Shown piece by piece: positions 1-11,300 of a stretch of 46,076 bases of DNA; within the stretch, counting starts at the first letter, position 1, and each line of letters opens with the position of its first letter. The stretch is taken from contig DF237606.1 in assembly GCA_000708835.1 (NCBI GenBank), positions 1 to 46,076 on the forward strand, written 5' to 3'. The notes under the pieces are model-generated. The model had not been told where the DNA came from. It made no database searches and saw only the letters and a program-made list of their open reading frames with translations. This stretch comes from Klebsormidium nitens (taxonomy: Eukaryota > Plantae > Klebsormidiophyceae). The position numbers were made by a program, and so were the translations under genes.

Positions 1-77
1 AACCACCTTGCACTTCACCCACAGCTGATGCAAGCACGTGAGGCACCTGACAGCAATGCGCTCCTGGCAACTCTTAA

Positions 78-1083
78 CACTAGAACCGTATATAAGTGCG
101 CCATATATGGCGCAGCTTGCCTCGTTCAAAATAAATGTGCAAAAACTGGAAAACGACCAAAAACAAATATTTTAAAATTATGGTAGGTTACAATTGACCC
201 TTTTCAACATATGTAACATCCTAACTTGTTGAAAAGTTAAAAGTTCCACCCACAACAAGCTTGGAAACAAATGCAAGCCGGAATCAGCAGGCTCCAGTTT
301 TGCCCCAGGAATAAGTGCTCCATATATGGCGCACTTAAATTTTTTGGCGGTTTATTTCAAGGGTCTACAAGCATTTTTTTCGCAAACTCCGTTCATGGCG
401 GCCTTTGGGGTGATCAAAGGATCTCGTACACACTCTTACATGTTTGAAAGCTCAAAAACGTGATGCACAAACCTAGCATTGGTTACGTCGAAAACTGCGC
501 CGTGAGAGCCCGATAAGCTTATTTGGTGTTCGGTTCGAACGTATCGGTGCTTTTTGATATGGATATCCTTTGGTGAGTTGTTGCCAACCTATTGTGGAAA
601 TAACCGGGCTTTTAAAATGACATTCCTCAAATTTTTAGAGACTCGGCGTGGGCAATTCTAGGCATTTTTCTGCATTTTTGACCATTTGTTAGGGCAAATA
701 ATTGACCAAAATAGGCAAAAACAACAGCATTTTCGCAGTTTCAGCCTTGCGGAACTTGAACCTCGGTACCTTAGGTCCAGACCACTGTGTACTAACCCGG
801 TAGACTATCCGAGCGTGCGGTTGGTCGTCAAAATTTAAAATATATACATAACACTACATTCTGCGCGACCAGCCTTTGAATGACGCGTGTTACCTACTTG
901 AAATATCGGCTGAAATTTTTTTCGGGTCGAAATCGAGTGCTAGGGGGGTACTAGGACAGGGTAACGACGTCGGAATCGAAAAAATGTTTAAAACGAGGCC
1001 GTGGCAAATTTGCAAACCTTTGAAAAGGAAAGTGCGCCATATATGGCGCATGCGCCATATATGGCGCACTTACGGTTCTAGTG
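78..1083. mobile_element. Non-autonomous piggyBac-like DNA transposon (1006 bp)
   Basis: Perfect 13-bp TIR CACTAGAACCGTA (78-90) / TACGGTTCTAGTG (1071-1083), flanked by TTAA on both sides (74-77, 1084-1087). Subterminal 18-bp palindrome TGCGCCATATATGGCGCA at 97-114, 1033-1050 and 1051-1068, plus an imperfect copy at about 312-336. AT-rich interior with no credible ORF. Confidence 0.85.
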
Positions 1084-1829
1084 TTAATGTCAACCCTAAT
1101 CTCACCGGAAGCGATGCTCTCTGCAGTACGCCGCTCTATCTGGCCTAACGCACCGCTGAAATGCTGAAGACTAGCATGAGACTCCATGGTTACCACCCTT
1201 CCTTGGCCTACTCTAAGGGGGGCGGACCTCCCTAAGCCCCGTGCGCCTCCACCTACCTCCTGCTACCCGGTCCGATTTTACCGGGCCCTCGAAGTTGCCT
1301 TTTGGACTCAACACAGTCTCCCTAAGTCCCTGAGCACCGACCTCGCTCGGTAGGTGCCCGGTCGGTTAGCCTTAAGTCCCGACCGTTTCGACGCGCGGGT
1401 GATCGAAAATGTCCGGAAATAGTCGTGGGGGTGGTGACGTGGCGTCCTCTACGGTACATGCAACAGAATTTACCGTCACTGCCGAATCCGGCACGAGCGT
1501 TAACGCATTTTCACCGTACGATCCGTCCGGGGCGATTCTGGCCGTCCAGATAAGCCTGAACTTCATTTGGTAGGCCCACGTAGAGTTAAGCTTGGCTCGG
1601 ATTTGACTTGCAAGGAGAGCCGTCAAGTTTGACGGGTTTCATTTTGCACGTCCAGCTTAGAAGTGCTTTTCTTGCCTTCCATGCATGCGCATAAAGCATT
1701 GAATGGAATTAATTAAGTTAAAACACTTTTTTCCACGTTGTCCAAATACCTGTTAGTATTGGCTCCGTGTGGCGACTGGCTCCTGAGCTAGCACAAATTG
1801 GCGCGCAAGCAGCTCGAAAAGTTGGAATC

Positions 1830-3883
1830 ATGGCGCAGACTTTGAATCGAGTTGCTTTCTCCTTGTCAAGCAGCCCTGGTCTGACCACATCCGAGGCATG
1901 CAGATCTCAAGCTCGCAGCAGAGGTGCCACCTCATATAGCGCACATAGCGTGCATTCCTGCCGCTGCGCTCATGCAGCTTCCCCAACTGTCTTATTTGCA
2001 AAGAAAAGCGTGGCCCGGGCAGCTTTCTTTGGGACCTCTATTTCAGGCGAAAAAGTTGGCAATGTTAGGCAAGCTAAGCTCCAGATTGTGAGGGCTGCTG
2101 CCGAGGGGGCTACAGAGTTGGAGAAGGGGTCCGAGGGGCCCCCCGTGCAATTGGGGACGGCGGAGCTTCCAGAGGACATCAATCTGGCCAAATTGAAGCA
2201 GTTGCTTTATCAGGTGTGTGCTCGTCCACTCGCAGCATTGTCTTGAAAAAGTCTGAAGAAATCAAAGGCTAGATTTGTGTTGATGCAAGATCTGAGGGTC
2301 CATGCTTCAGAACCAGCCCAGGCTGTCCTCGGTATGTCTTGGGGCGTTCCTATTCTGATTCTCAACAAAGTTTCTGAAGGTCGCATTTTAGCGAGAGGTT
2401 TCGGGCCTGATTGTGAGGCACATTGGCACCGCAATAGCAAACTTTGTCTTTGGACACCCTCGTGGGAAATAATGGCTTCACTAATGAAATGTATGGAGGA
2501 ACCATCATCAAATTTGACTCGGTCAGGAAGTTAAAGAAGCAGTGCTAACCAGGCCCTTGTTTTTTGAGTGGCTGTGTGTGCGCTGAGACAGACTGCCTGA
2601 GTCTTCCCCATACGTGAGCGATGAGCAACTATCTGTTTCTTACTATGGACCTGGAGAACTGGACGCAAAGGCAGCCCTATGCAGTGATGTATCAACATAA
2701 CGCCCACGCCCAACTTCCTTAGCAGACCAAAGCAACTAGCTTGAAGAGAACTGGGGACGCCTTCATGAAGTGCTGCGCGCCGAAGCTCACAACGACTGCC
2801 CGGACACTGATTGCAGATTATTCTGTGGCAGGAGAAGGCTGGGGCTTGTGCGAAATTGCAGCTCCTTTGAAAATCATTGAGGAAGGCTAACTCCTCGTGA
2901 CTAATGTCTCTGCAGTGGGCAAACAGCATAGTCACATCTTCGGCTCTGCCACTGCCATTGCCCCTCAAGGTAAGCCAGCACCTTAAAGAACCAGTGGTTG
3001 CAGAGTTTGATGAGATTATGCGAGTGCTGGCTTTCTGCTTGACCAAGTCCATGGGGTTGTCTCCTGCTGGGTCGTCATTCAGGCTAACTCCGCGTCCTCA
3101 TTGGGGTCAAGGTTCTTATCTGATTCACTCTCTGGCTCCACCTTCTCTTCTTAGTGTTGGAGAGTATATCTTCTCCTTCTCAGGCTGCTATCATGCGGCA
3201 AGTGAGGTTGACATCAGGCGCAGATTTGTGCAGTAGCACGATTTGTGGAAAGCACACAGCAACTTAAAAGTTTACTTGAGCATGGACATCGATGTCGGGG
3301 GTGAATCGTACTTCTGCCCAGATTGCAGATTCCACATCCCGTGCCTTCGGGTGGATTATGCTGACAGAACACCTTGTTGACAATTACTTCCCAGCGGTGT
3401 CTCAAATGCGTATGTGAAGGCCTGCTTTAGTCTTCACGTTGTGAAAAATAGATGCGTCTCTGATTGTAAACGCTGTCCGAGCTTCGGTTCTAGTCAACAG
3501 CCTCTGCAACGGTTGACTTCCGAAATCGTTTCAGCCAAAGGCATCACAAGGACGACGATCTACTGTCAGTTGTTCGACCAGGCAGCGCGGGGGACCAATG
3601 ATTTTGGCGCTCACGGATGCAACACCTCTGAATTCTCTTGCAGGTTGACCCGCTTGACAATGGCGTACGCCTGGCCTTTATCAGGATCGAGGCAGGCGAG
3701 ATCAGCGAGTTGTTCCGGATTGATGTGTTGCTCACCCCCAAAAGTGAAGGGGAGCGAAGACCGATGTTTAAGGTCTTCAGGGATGGTCCTTACAAGAACC
3801 AGAAGGCTGCCTTTGAGCCGCAAGTAATGAGCAGCCTTTTAGCAGCGTTGAAGAAGTCTGTGCCTTTGAGCCGAGGGGAATAG
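1830..3883 (+). CDS. Conserved plastid-targeted protein of unknown function (about 225 aa, 3 exons)
   Basis: Exons 1830-2213, 2916-2969 and 3644-3883; both GT-AG introns are phase 0. The Ser/Ala/Arg-rich N-terminus ending in ...IVRA-A resembles a transit peptide. The spliced core LYQWANSIVTSSALPLPLPLKVDPLDNGVRLAFIRI...FRDGPYKNQKAAFEPQVMSSLLAALKKSV resembles a plant chloroplast protein family that I recognise but cannot name. Confidence 0.8.
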
Positions 3884-6800
3884 ATTGCACACCCGATCCT
3901 GCACACGACTCGTGTTGTTAAGTAGACCATTTTCGGCGAGCTTCCGCGACGCATAGCCAAACAACGCTCCGCGTGTTTGCCGAAGGCCCAACCGCCTTTG
4001 GCTTCGAGCAATTGTTCTGCAACACTGAAACTGACTTTCTTGCCTGCGAGACTTCTTGACGGTACACACTGACCATTTGTAAGGCTCTTGATCTGCACAT
4101 ATGCAGAAAATGTGGTGCACACCGTTGAGTACGTACGGGCCTTTGAATTGAATTTTTTGCTGTGTACGACTTAAGGTCGACATGCATACTGGTGTCTTGT
4201 ACAACGGCCATGCTTCAGTGTTGCATGCGCAATCTCGATCAACTGTTAGTCTGCCGCCCTGGTGTGTATCATTCAGATGTCGGCCGGAGACATGTCGGAG
4301 ATGGTGTGCAAAGCATGGTACCGCCACCGTCCGTCAAGCAGTTTGCTCGTGTCATGTATAGCCAATAATCCGATCCCTCTCCTCAGTACGTCCAACACTG
4401 ATGTTAAACGAGCTTGTGAGAGTTTCAATACGATGAATGAAGCAGATGAATTGGCAGCTAGGCACGGGCCTGTGCATCTCTTCACTGTACAACACTTCAA
4501 GAAATTCATCACATAATGGAAGTCAATAATGATGACGATTAATTAACGGTGTAAGGCATTATGTGGCCCTTGAGATCCTTGACCGAGTATGACTCGATTC
4601 ATACCCGCAGAATGACGGCTTGCATGGTGTAGTAGGGCAACACGCTTCTTGCTGACCGTCCACGTGCACGTGTCATATTGCGCAAGTTTTTCTCCTGAAC
4701 TCTGCGGCCTCAGATTATCGTCTTGACTATTCTATGCGTGATGTACTTCCTTGTTCTTTGACGCTGACGCTTCACACGCTCGGGTCGTGGAACCGTCGAG
4801 GGGTTTAACGTTTCACACGAGTTGATGAGCTTGTTCGCTTATGTTGCCCGCCAGCTAGCTTCTCGTCAGAATTTCTTCTTGATCTGCAGTACCAGAGGTA
4901 TCATGGGTTTGCTCCTTGGCATTGGCCCTATTCAAATTCGAATCGGACTGATTTACCAGTAAAATGTCATCTTCACTGACACATCGGGCTGTCACGTCCG
5001 TCCAGGTCGCTTCGCCAGTTGAGTACGGCAAACTCAATCTGCGCCGCGACCCTTCGAAAATTCTCTGGAAGCTGGGAATCTAGATCGACATTCCTAAAGA
5101 GAGATCCTGAGCTTTCCTGCTGTCTCGGATCTAATGTTGTTTTGCTGATGGTGAATGTTTTGCCACAAGTTTTGGCTGCTACATGATTTCTCCTCCGACC
5201 TTCTCACGCACTTCTTGGTTCCGGATATAATCAGCGAGGCGGCTCCTTTGACTTTCCGGAAAAAATTCCAGAGTTTTCGGACGACTTATACGGGTCAGTC
5301 TTAGTCTCTGTGAAGTGCCCGGCTACTTTTGAAAATTTCGTGAAATAGTAGCCGTATACGCGTGCGTGTCTGCAGGACCTTCTGACGGACGACGTCAGCA
5401 AGGTGCAATATCAGGGGAGCAGTCTTCGACACGCCACCGGCTTCGAACAGCGGGCGCAAGTGACATCCCAATATCCAAGGTGCAGAAAGTTTCTTGAAAG
5501 GCACGCGAGGTGTCCAGGAAGGACAAGGATTATGAAATTACGGACGGGGACGTTTGCAAGTAGAGTGCGTGCATCGAAAGTGTCTCCTCGCAAAAATCCG
5601 GGTGATATTCAGCATGTCCTCAGTCCACAAGTCAGGTTAATTGTATGCTAAACAAGAAATCGCGGCGCGTTTCAGCTTTGCCAAGAAGGATCTTGAGACC
5701 AATGAGCAAAGATGAGAGGGAGCAAGGATTGAAATGGTTGGAGAATGAATCTTCGCATTCAAAGGAGTTGAGTAGCATTATCCTCGGAATCAGCTAAAGA
5801 GTGGGGGGCGCCGAGGAAGGCTCCATAATGACCTCGCAAATTTGCATACCGCCAAGGTCCAGGGAGAGAGGGACTATCAAGAAGCTGGAATTGCGGGGAG
5901 CTTGATGAGGAGGCGTTCCAAAACGCTGCTTTGAAGGCACTTCAGACGAAGGTATGCAGAATGGGTTCCATGCGACCTTGTGCGATGCTTTCTTTGAGTG
6001 CTTCAAGGATGAGGTGTCTCATTAACAAGCGAGCCAGTTTGCAGCTCCCCTCCTTTTACTCAAAAAGCAAGTCATCGCACAAAGTTGTTCCATTACAGAT
6101 TCTTGAAGATGCAGCAGAATCAGAAAGGAAGGCCCTAGAAGATTCAGCTTTTGTTCGCCTGCATTCAGGTCTCCTCGGTACAAGCCTTCGTTAAATCTCC
6201 TGGCAGACCTAGGTAGAACGGCAGATGATGTGTTTAGGCAGGGTTTTTGGCAAGAAAGGCATCTCATGTTGTCACTACTTTTGAATTCCCCCCTAACTTT
6301 GACAAGCTTCATCAAGCTATTGGGGAATCTGATGGCTGCTAGGTATGGTCTGAAGCCAGAAAGAGGGCCATGGAGGCTTTGAATTTTCCTCGTATTGTTT
6401 CTGCAAGCAACTCTGCTGATCAGCTGCTACGAGCTGGTGAAAGAATTTTTCCAGATTGGTCAAAGATTTCTAGCCGTCGGTCAAGGGAGACTCTTGCTTT
6501 CTTAATGGCAGCGGTATCTCGTTGTGCTTGCACCAAATTTGTGCATGAGAAAGGGTTTTCTTGAGGAATTCCTTCGTAAAACTCAGCTTGTCATCCGTCT
6601 AGTATAAGTGCCATGTAATGGAAGGGATTGCAAAGTGCTCTTATCAAGTGACTGATCAAGTAGTTTCGGCCAGACCTGAAAGGAAGGGCGAGTAGAAAGA
6701 CGTTATGCCAGGATATCAGAGCACTTCTAAGACGAGAAGAGTATGGCATAGACTGCTTATCTTTTCACTTGATCATTTTGAGCTTTTGTGTGGATTGCCC

Positions 6801-8349
6801 TCACTACGATACCGTCAAAGCTTTTACGAGATTCCCTTCTTTGGACGAGGCCACCAACAGATCTTGTAGGTGTCCTCCATTTCAGTCTTCCCAGCTGAGA
6901 TTGGAATCTTTCCATCGATTTATGTCACCCAAGATGGGCCTGATCAGAGGGAGCACTCGATGCCGCTTATGGCGACATCAGTACTGCAGATAAGGGATCA
7001 TCCGATTCTACGTCTATATCAAAGGGTCGATTCGTTTATAGATAAGAAAGGCTATAGATTTCCGTCTGAGTTTTGGCCTCGTTCCATCTGCAGGGAATGC
7101 TCTCAGGGCAGCATGCGCCCTGAGGACCACAATCCATTGGTGAATACACACCTCAAGCGCGCTGAAGAAAGATGCCTGAAGGCTTCGCATTCCTCTGTGG
7201 TCTGTCCTCCACAATCAGGTGAAATGAAAACCAAGCCACAGTAACAAGGCCAGTCAGCATGCGTCACGCGAAACTTCGCAATTGAGGCAAACTCTCGTTG
7301 ATGCTACTTCATTGAAATGGTGCAATACTAGCTCCTACAACCATTCAAAGCTCCAACCGATCTTCGTTTTGTGACTAGAGTGTAGGAAAAACCAGATACA
7401 AGCTTGAGAGTCAAAACAAAAGAAGCTCGGTCAGATGATTCTTGCTGAGGATTGGACTCAGCGCTTGCAGTCGGATGCAACGGAATCACTGGCATCAGAT
7501 TCAACTTAAAAGCTAAGCAGACGCAAAATTCAAGAGATGATGGTCTCAATCAGGTCCTTTTGCTTCTATTGCAGGTGGATCGCGCATGGATGCAGACCTA
7601 TTTCTGCTCCTCGACTCGAGCGCACAAGATAGTTTCGAGTTCCTCAATGCAACCAAGGAGCTCATTCCCAAAGGGCAAGCCATCTCCGCGCTTGAAGAGA
7701 GCGCACTATCGGGTCCTGCTCGTTCAAGTATCTCGGTCGAAGTCCAAGGACAAGAACCTGAAAGGTTGACGCGCCGAGCACAAGACCATTCTCAGGTTGG
7801 TTTTCTTCATGGTTTACTTGTCTGTCGATATCTTCCTGGAATCGACCCGATCATGTGAAGAGTAGTTCTTAGGTGCACGGAAACAAATTCGTTAAATCCT
7901 GAAAGTCAAATTGCATCATAAGTGAACAGGAAGCCAAAGAAGAGTGCCAGCTCAACAGAGTCCTCTGAGAAACTGCAAATCATGTGCAAAGTCGATACAG
8001 GAATCACCACTTCATATCATTCTTTACAAACTTGAGACTCGAGGCAGGATCTACATCTTCAGTCGAGAATTTAAGAACAGAACATTTGGACTGACTAGCT
8101 TGAAGCGGAAGGGTGAAAGGCTATTTAAGAATGATTTCTGAATGTTCTTCCACAGGTTAATCTAAAAGCTAGCCAAATTACCTTTGGGTTTGACAGTTTT
8201 GCTTAAGGCCTTGACTCTTGTTTTCGCAGGCTGCCAATTTGGAAGCTTCTGTGAGTCTTCTGTGCCATGAAGGGAACACTGAGATACTGTATAGCAACCC
8301 CGTGACGATCAGCCGGAGGGAAAGCATCGACGAGTCAAGTGGAGAAGGA

Positions 8350-11300
8350 ATGGAAGCAGCTCAAGGGGGATCCCCCGCCAGCCAAGAGATGAAGCAGAAC
8401 TCAACGGCCGAGGGAGAGCCAGGAGCGTGTACCATCCTGCAGGCAGAAACCATCAACGAAAGCAGAACGGAGAACCTTACGACGACATTGGAGACGACCG
8501 GCACCCCTGAAGACGGTCAAGCTGTTCGTGCTTCTGCGCGAGGAGAACACCTAACTCCTCTGAGCGAGGCTTTTCGGACCGTAGACACAGGGCGTCCGAA
8601 CGGGCTCCTGTGCGTGGCGAAACGGACGCAGCTCCCCACCCTCCTGGATAACTCGCCCCCACAGCAACCGGCGTCAGAAGATGGACAGGCTCCGAAAAGG
8701 CTGGGTTTTGCGGAAAAGAAGTTCGGGCGAGATTTTGAGAGCTTTATTGGCGAAGAGCGGGCCACGGGAACATTGGGGGAGAACCCTGACTTGCGCGCCG
8801 GCTCGTTGGACCAAGCTGAAGATCGGGGCCCTGTGGAGAGGTCTCTTGGTGGCGTCCGCGGCTTCAAGAAGGGCCTGCGGACAGCCTTCCTGAGCCGCGA
8901 CAGGGCCCGGGATGCGGACGGGTTCTTCTCCGCGAGGAGGCTCCCGCGCGCCGCGCGCGCGGGCGATCCCGTTTCTACACAGGCTGGTGTACAGTCTGAC
9001 CAGCGAAGCGAGGCGCTTCCCGGGCAGCCGCTCTCAAACGGCCTCAAAAAATTTGATGGAGTGTTCCCGGAAGGATCTCCAGCAGAAGCGCCCGGTCCCT
9101 TCGACCGAGAACTCCTCACCAGCTTGGGCATCGGCAAGGATTCATTGGAGCGGGCGGCCGGCAGCTCCCCAACGGCGGTCCTCTCGCCGCGCGCGCTCGT
9201 TGCGCAGCCGCCCGACTCCCTCAGTCTGGCCCACCTTTCACCTCCTCTCCAAGCGTATCAGGGAAACACAAACTTCCCCAATCACTATCATTCCCCTTCA
9301 AACGTTCCGGCTTTTGCCCACTCTCCCTCAGCCCTGGATTTTCTCAACTCTATGCAACTCCCGCCTTTTGAGCCTTCTCGAGCCCCGCCGAGCCTCTCTC
9401 AGTTTCTCCAAAGGCCGGAAGTAACTAGATCGGAGGACTCATTTGGTGCTGAGCCGGCCGAAGAAGCCGCCCCGGGAATCTCGGGGTTCAAGTCAATGCT
9501 GCGGAAGAAGCAGCAAGTGCGCCCGGGGAAGTCTACCGAGCCCAACGCGCTGCCGGTTATTCTGGAGGGAAAGCCGGTGGAGCTGAATAGGAGGGTCTCT
9601 GCCAGCCCGAAGTCCCCAATGGTGAGCGAACCAATCTTACGCTCTGCCTTACTGTTCATTTTTCGAAGTGCTCTTTCACTGCCGTGTTTCTGTCTTAAGT
9701 CAGCCATACTTTTGAGACGCAAACTTTCTGTTCTGAAAGCTTAAAAGCCATCGGGTTAAGATTCTTCGTTTCGTATTCGCCGATTTGCCGAAGTGTCTTC
9801 AACCTCCTCATTGCCGAGTTTCAGTCTTGGCAGAGCTTTACATGAATCAGATGCGAGCAGGAGACGAGAACGATTATTAAGTCAGCCCCTGCCGGAATTT
9901 GCGTTCCACGGTCTTCTTTCCAGGAGCTTCATCGCAGACACCTTTCCGAATCCAAGAAATCAAAAGATATGAAGCGACCTGTATCTCGTGACCTGTTCGG
10001 TCAGAATCAAACAGATAAGCGGCAGAAAGGAATGTGCTTTCTCTTTACCTATTCCGGCAGGATCTGGTGGAATCGGATGACCCGGTGGGAGGAGCCGAGG
10101 ACGTAAACGGACGGCGCAAGCAGCCCGGCCGCGGCGTGAAGCGGCCGGCCGCCAACTCGCCGTCGGCAGTGGGCAAGCGCAGCTCGCAGTACCGCGGCGT
10201 GACGAAGTGAGGAACTTCGCAACACAGTAAAGTAGAATGTTATTCAAAGCAGTAGAACCTATGAAGGCTTGCATATTCAAGCTTGAGAGTCCTGCCAAAA
10301 GAAGACTGGAGCAAGCAGCTTGTGTCTCCGGATGTTGCTCAGATCGTTGATTCGTTGTGTTCTTTCCAACGACCAGGCACTGCAGTACTGGGCGTTACGA
10401 AGCTCACCTGTGGGACAACAGCAGCCGCAAGGAGGGCATCAACAAGAAGGGACGACAGGTGTACCTGGGTGAGCTTGTACTCTGAAGCCGAGCAGATGGA
10501 GGCATCTTCGCGGCCGCCAAAATGCTTAGTCTTTCTGCGGCTCATCGACCTTCAGAGATCTCCAAACTGACCCCGGAAAGATGACGGCTTCGCGTCTGAG
10601 CAGCTCTCAGATTTTTTTGTAGCAATCGCAAAGAGATGCTGTCAACGATGAAAGTATTTCGAGGCATATTTAGGTCTGTAAGTCTTTTCGCTTTCTATCC
10701 GGTCAGGCGGGTACGAAAAGGAGACGGACGCAGCCCGGGCGTACGACCTTGCCGCTCTCAAGTACTGGGGCGTAGGCACCAACTACAACTTTCCGGTAAG
10801 CTCCAGCGGATAGCGGACTCTGAAGGCTTCCTCAATTCAGCGCTTACACGATGGTGTAGGAGCGTTCCTTCGGGCTATGGGAGGGAAGTTTCGAGTCAAG
10901 CCTAATCGATGAGGTACAAATTAGTTGCTTTCCTGCTGCTTTTGATGACCTGCGTCTAATCAACAACTTTCCACCATGGATTTGCAGCTGAAGGACTACG
11001 AACAGGACCTCAAAGAGATGGAAGACGTGTCTCGCCAGGAGTTCGTCGCCACCCTCAGAAGGTGAGGCGAAATTGAGGAGCATAAGAATAATTGATGCCT
11101 CATATGAGCAAAGAAGGAAGACATACCTAAGGCCCTCATCTTCGTATGATCGGGTTCGCTGGATTGCGCCCTTGCAAAGGACTCATGAGTTCAGCCGTTC
11201 AGGTAAAGTTGAACGACATTACGCTGTGCACCCATTGCCTTTTCGAAGCAGTACCCTCAGAGAAGATTCAATCCTTCAAAGAAGCCTCAGAACATGGACC

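Noticed and set aside
78-1083. CACTA (En/Spm) assignment, because the element begins CACTA and ends TAGTG
   Set aside because: The flanking 3-mers (TAA/TTA) are not a direct duplication, whereas TTAA is present on both sides and the TIR/palindrome layout matches piggyBac.
876-1196. ORFs 876-1148 (+) and 951-1196 (-) as transposase remnants
   Set aside because: Short, overlap the TIR palindromes, and have no DDE or Cys-rich motif.
1230-1380. Three spaced copies of CC(C/T)TAAG(C/T)CCC (1230, 1320, 1370) as a CRISPR-like or regulatory array
   Set aside because: Only 11 bp long with irregular spacing (90 and 50 bp); no termini or associated genes found.
3900-5600. Possible minus-strand gene with splice-like signals (e.g. 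HARVYGYYFTKFSK and IEFAVLNWRSDL fragments)
   Set aside because: The fragments cannot be joined in frame without stops and match no family I recognise.
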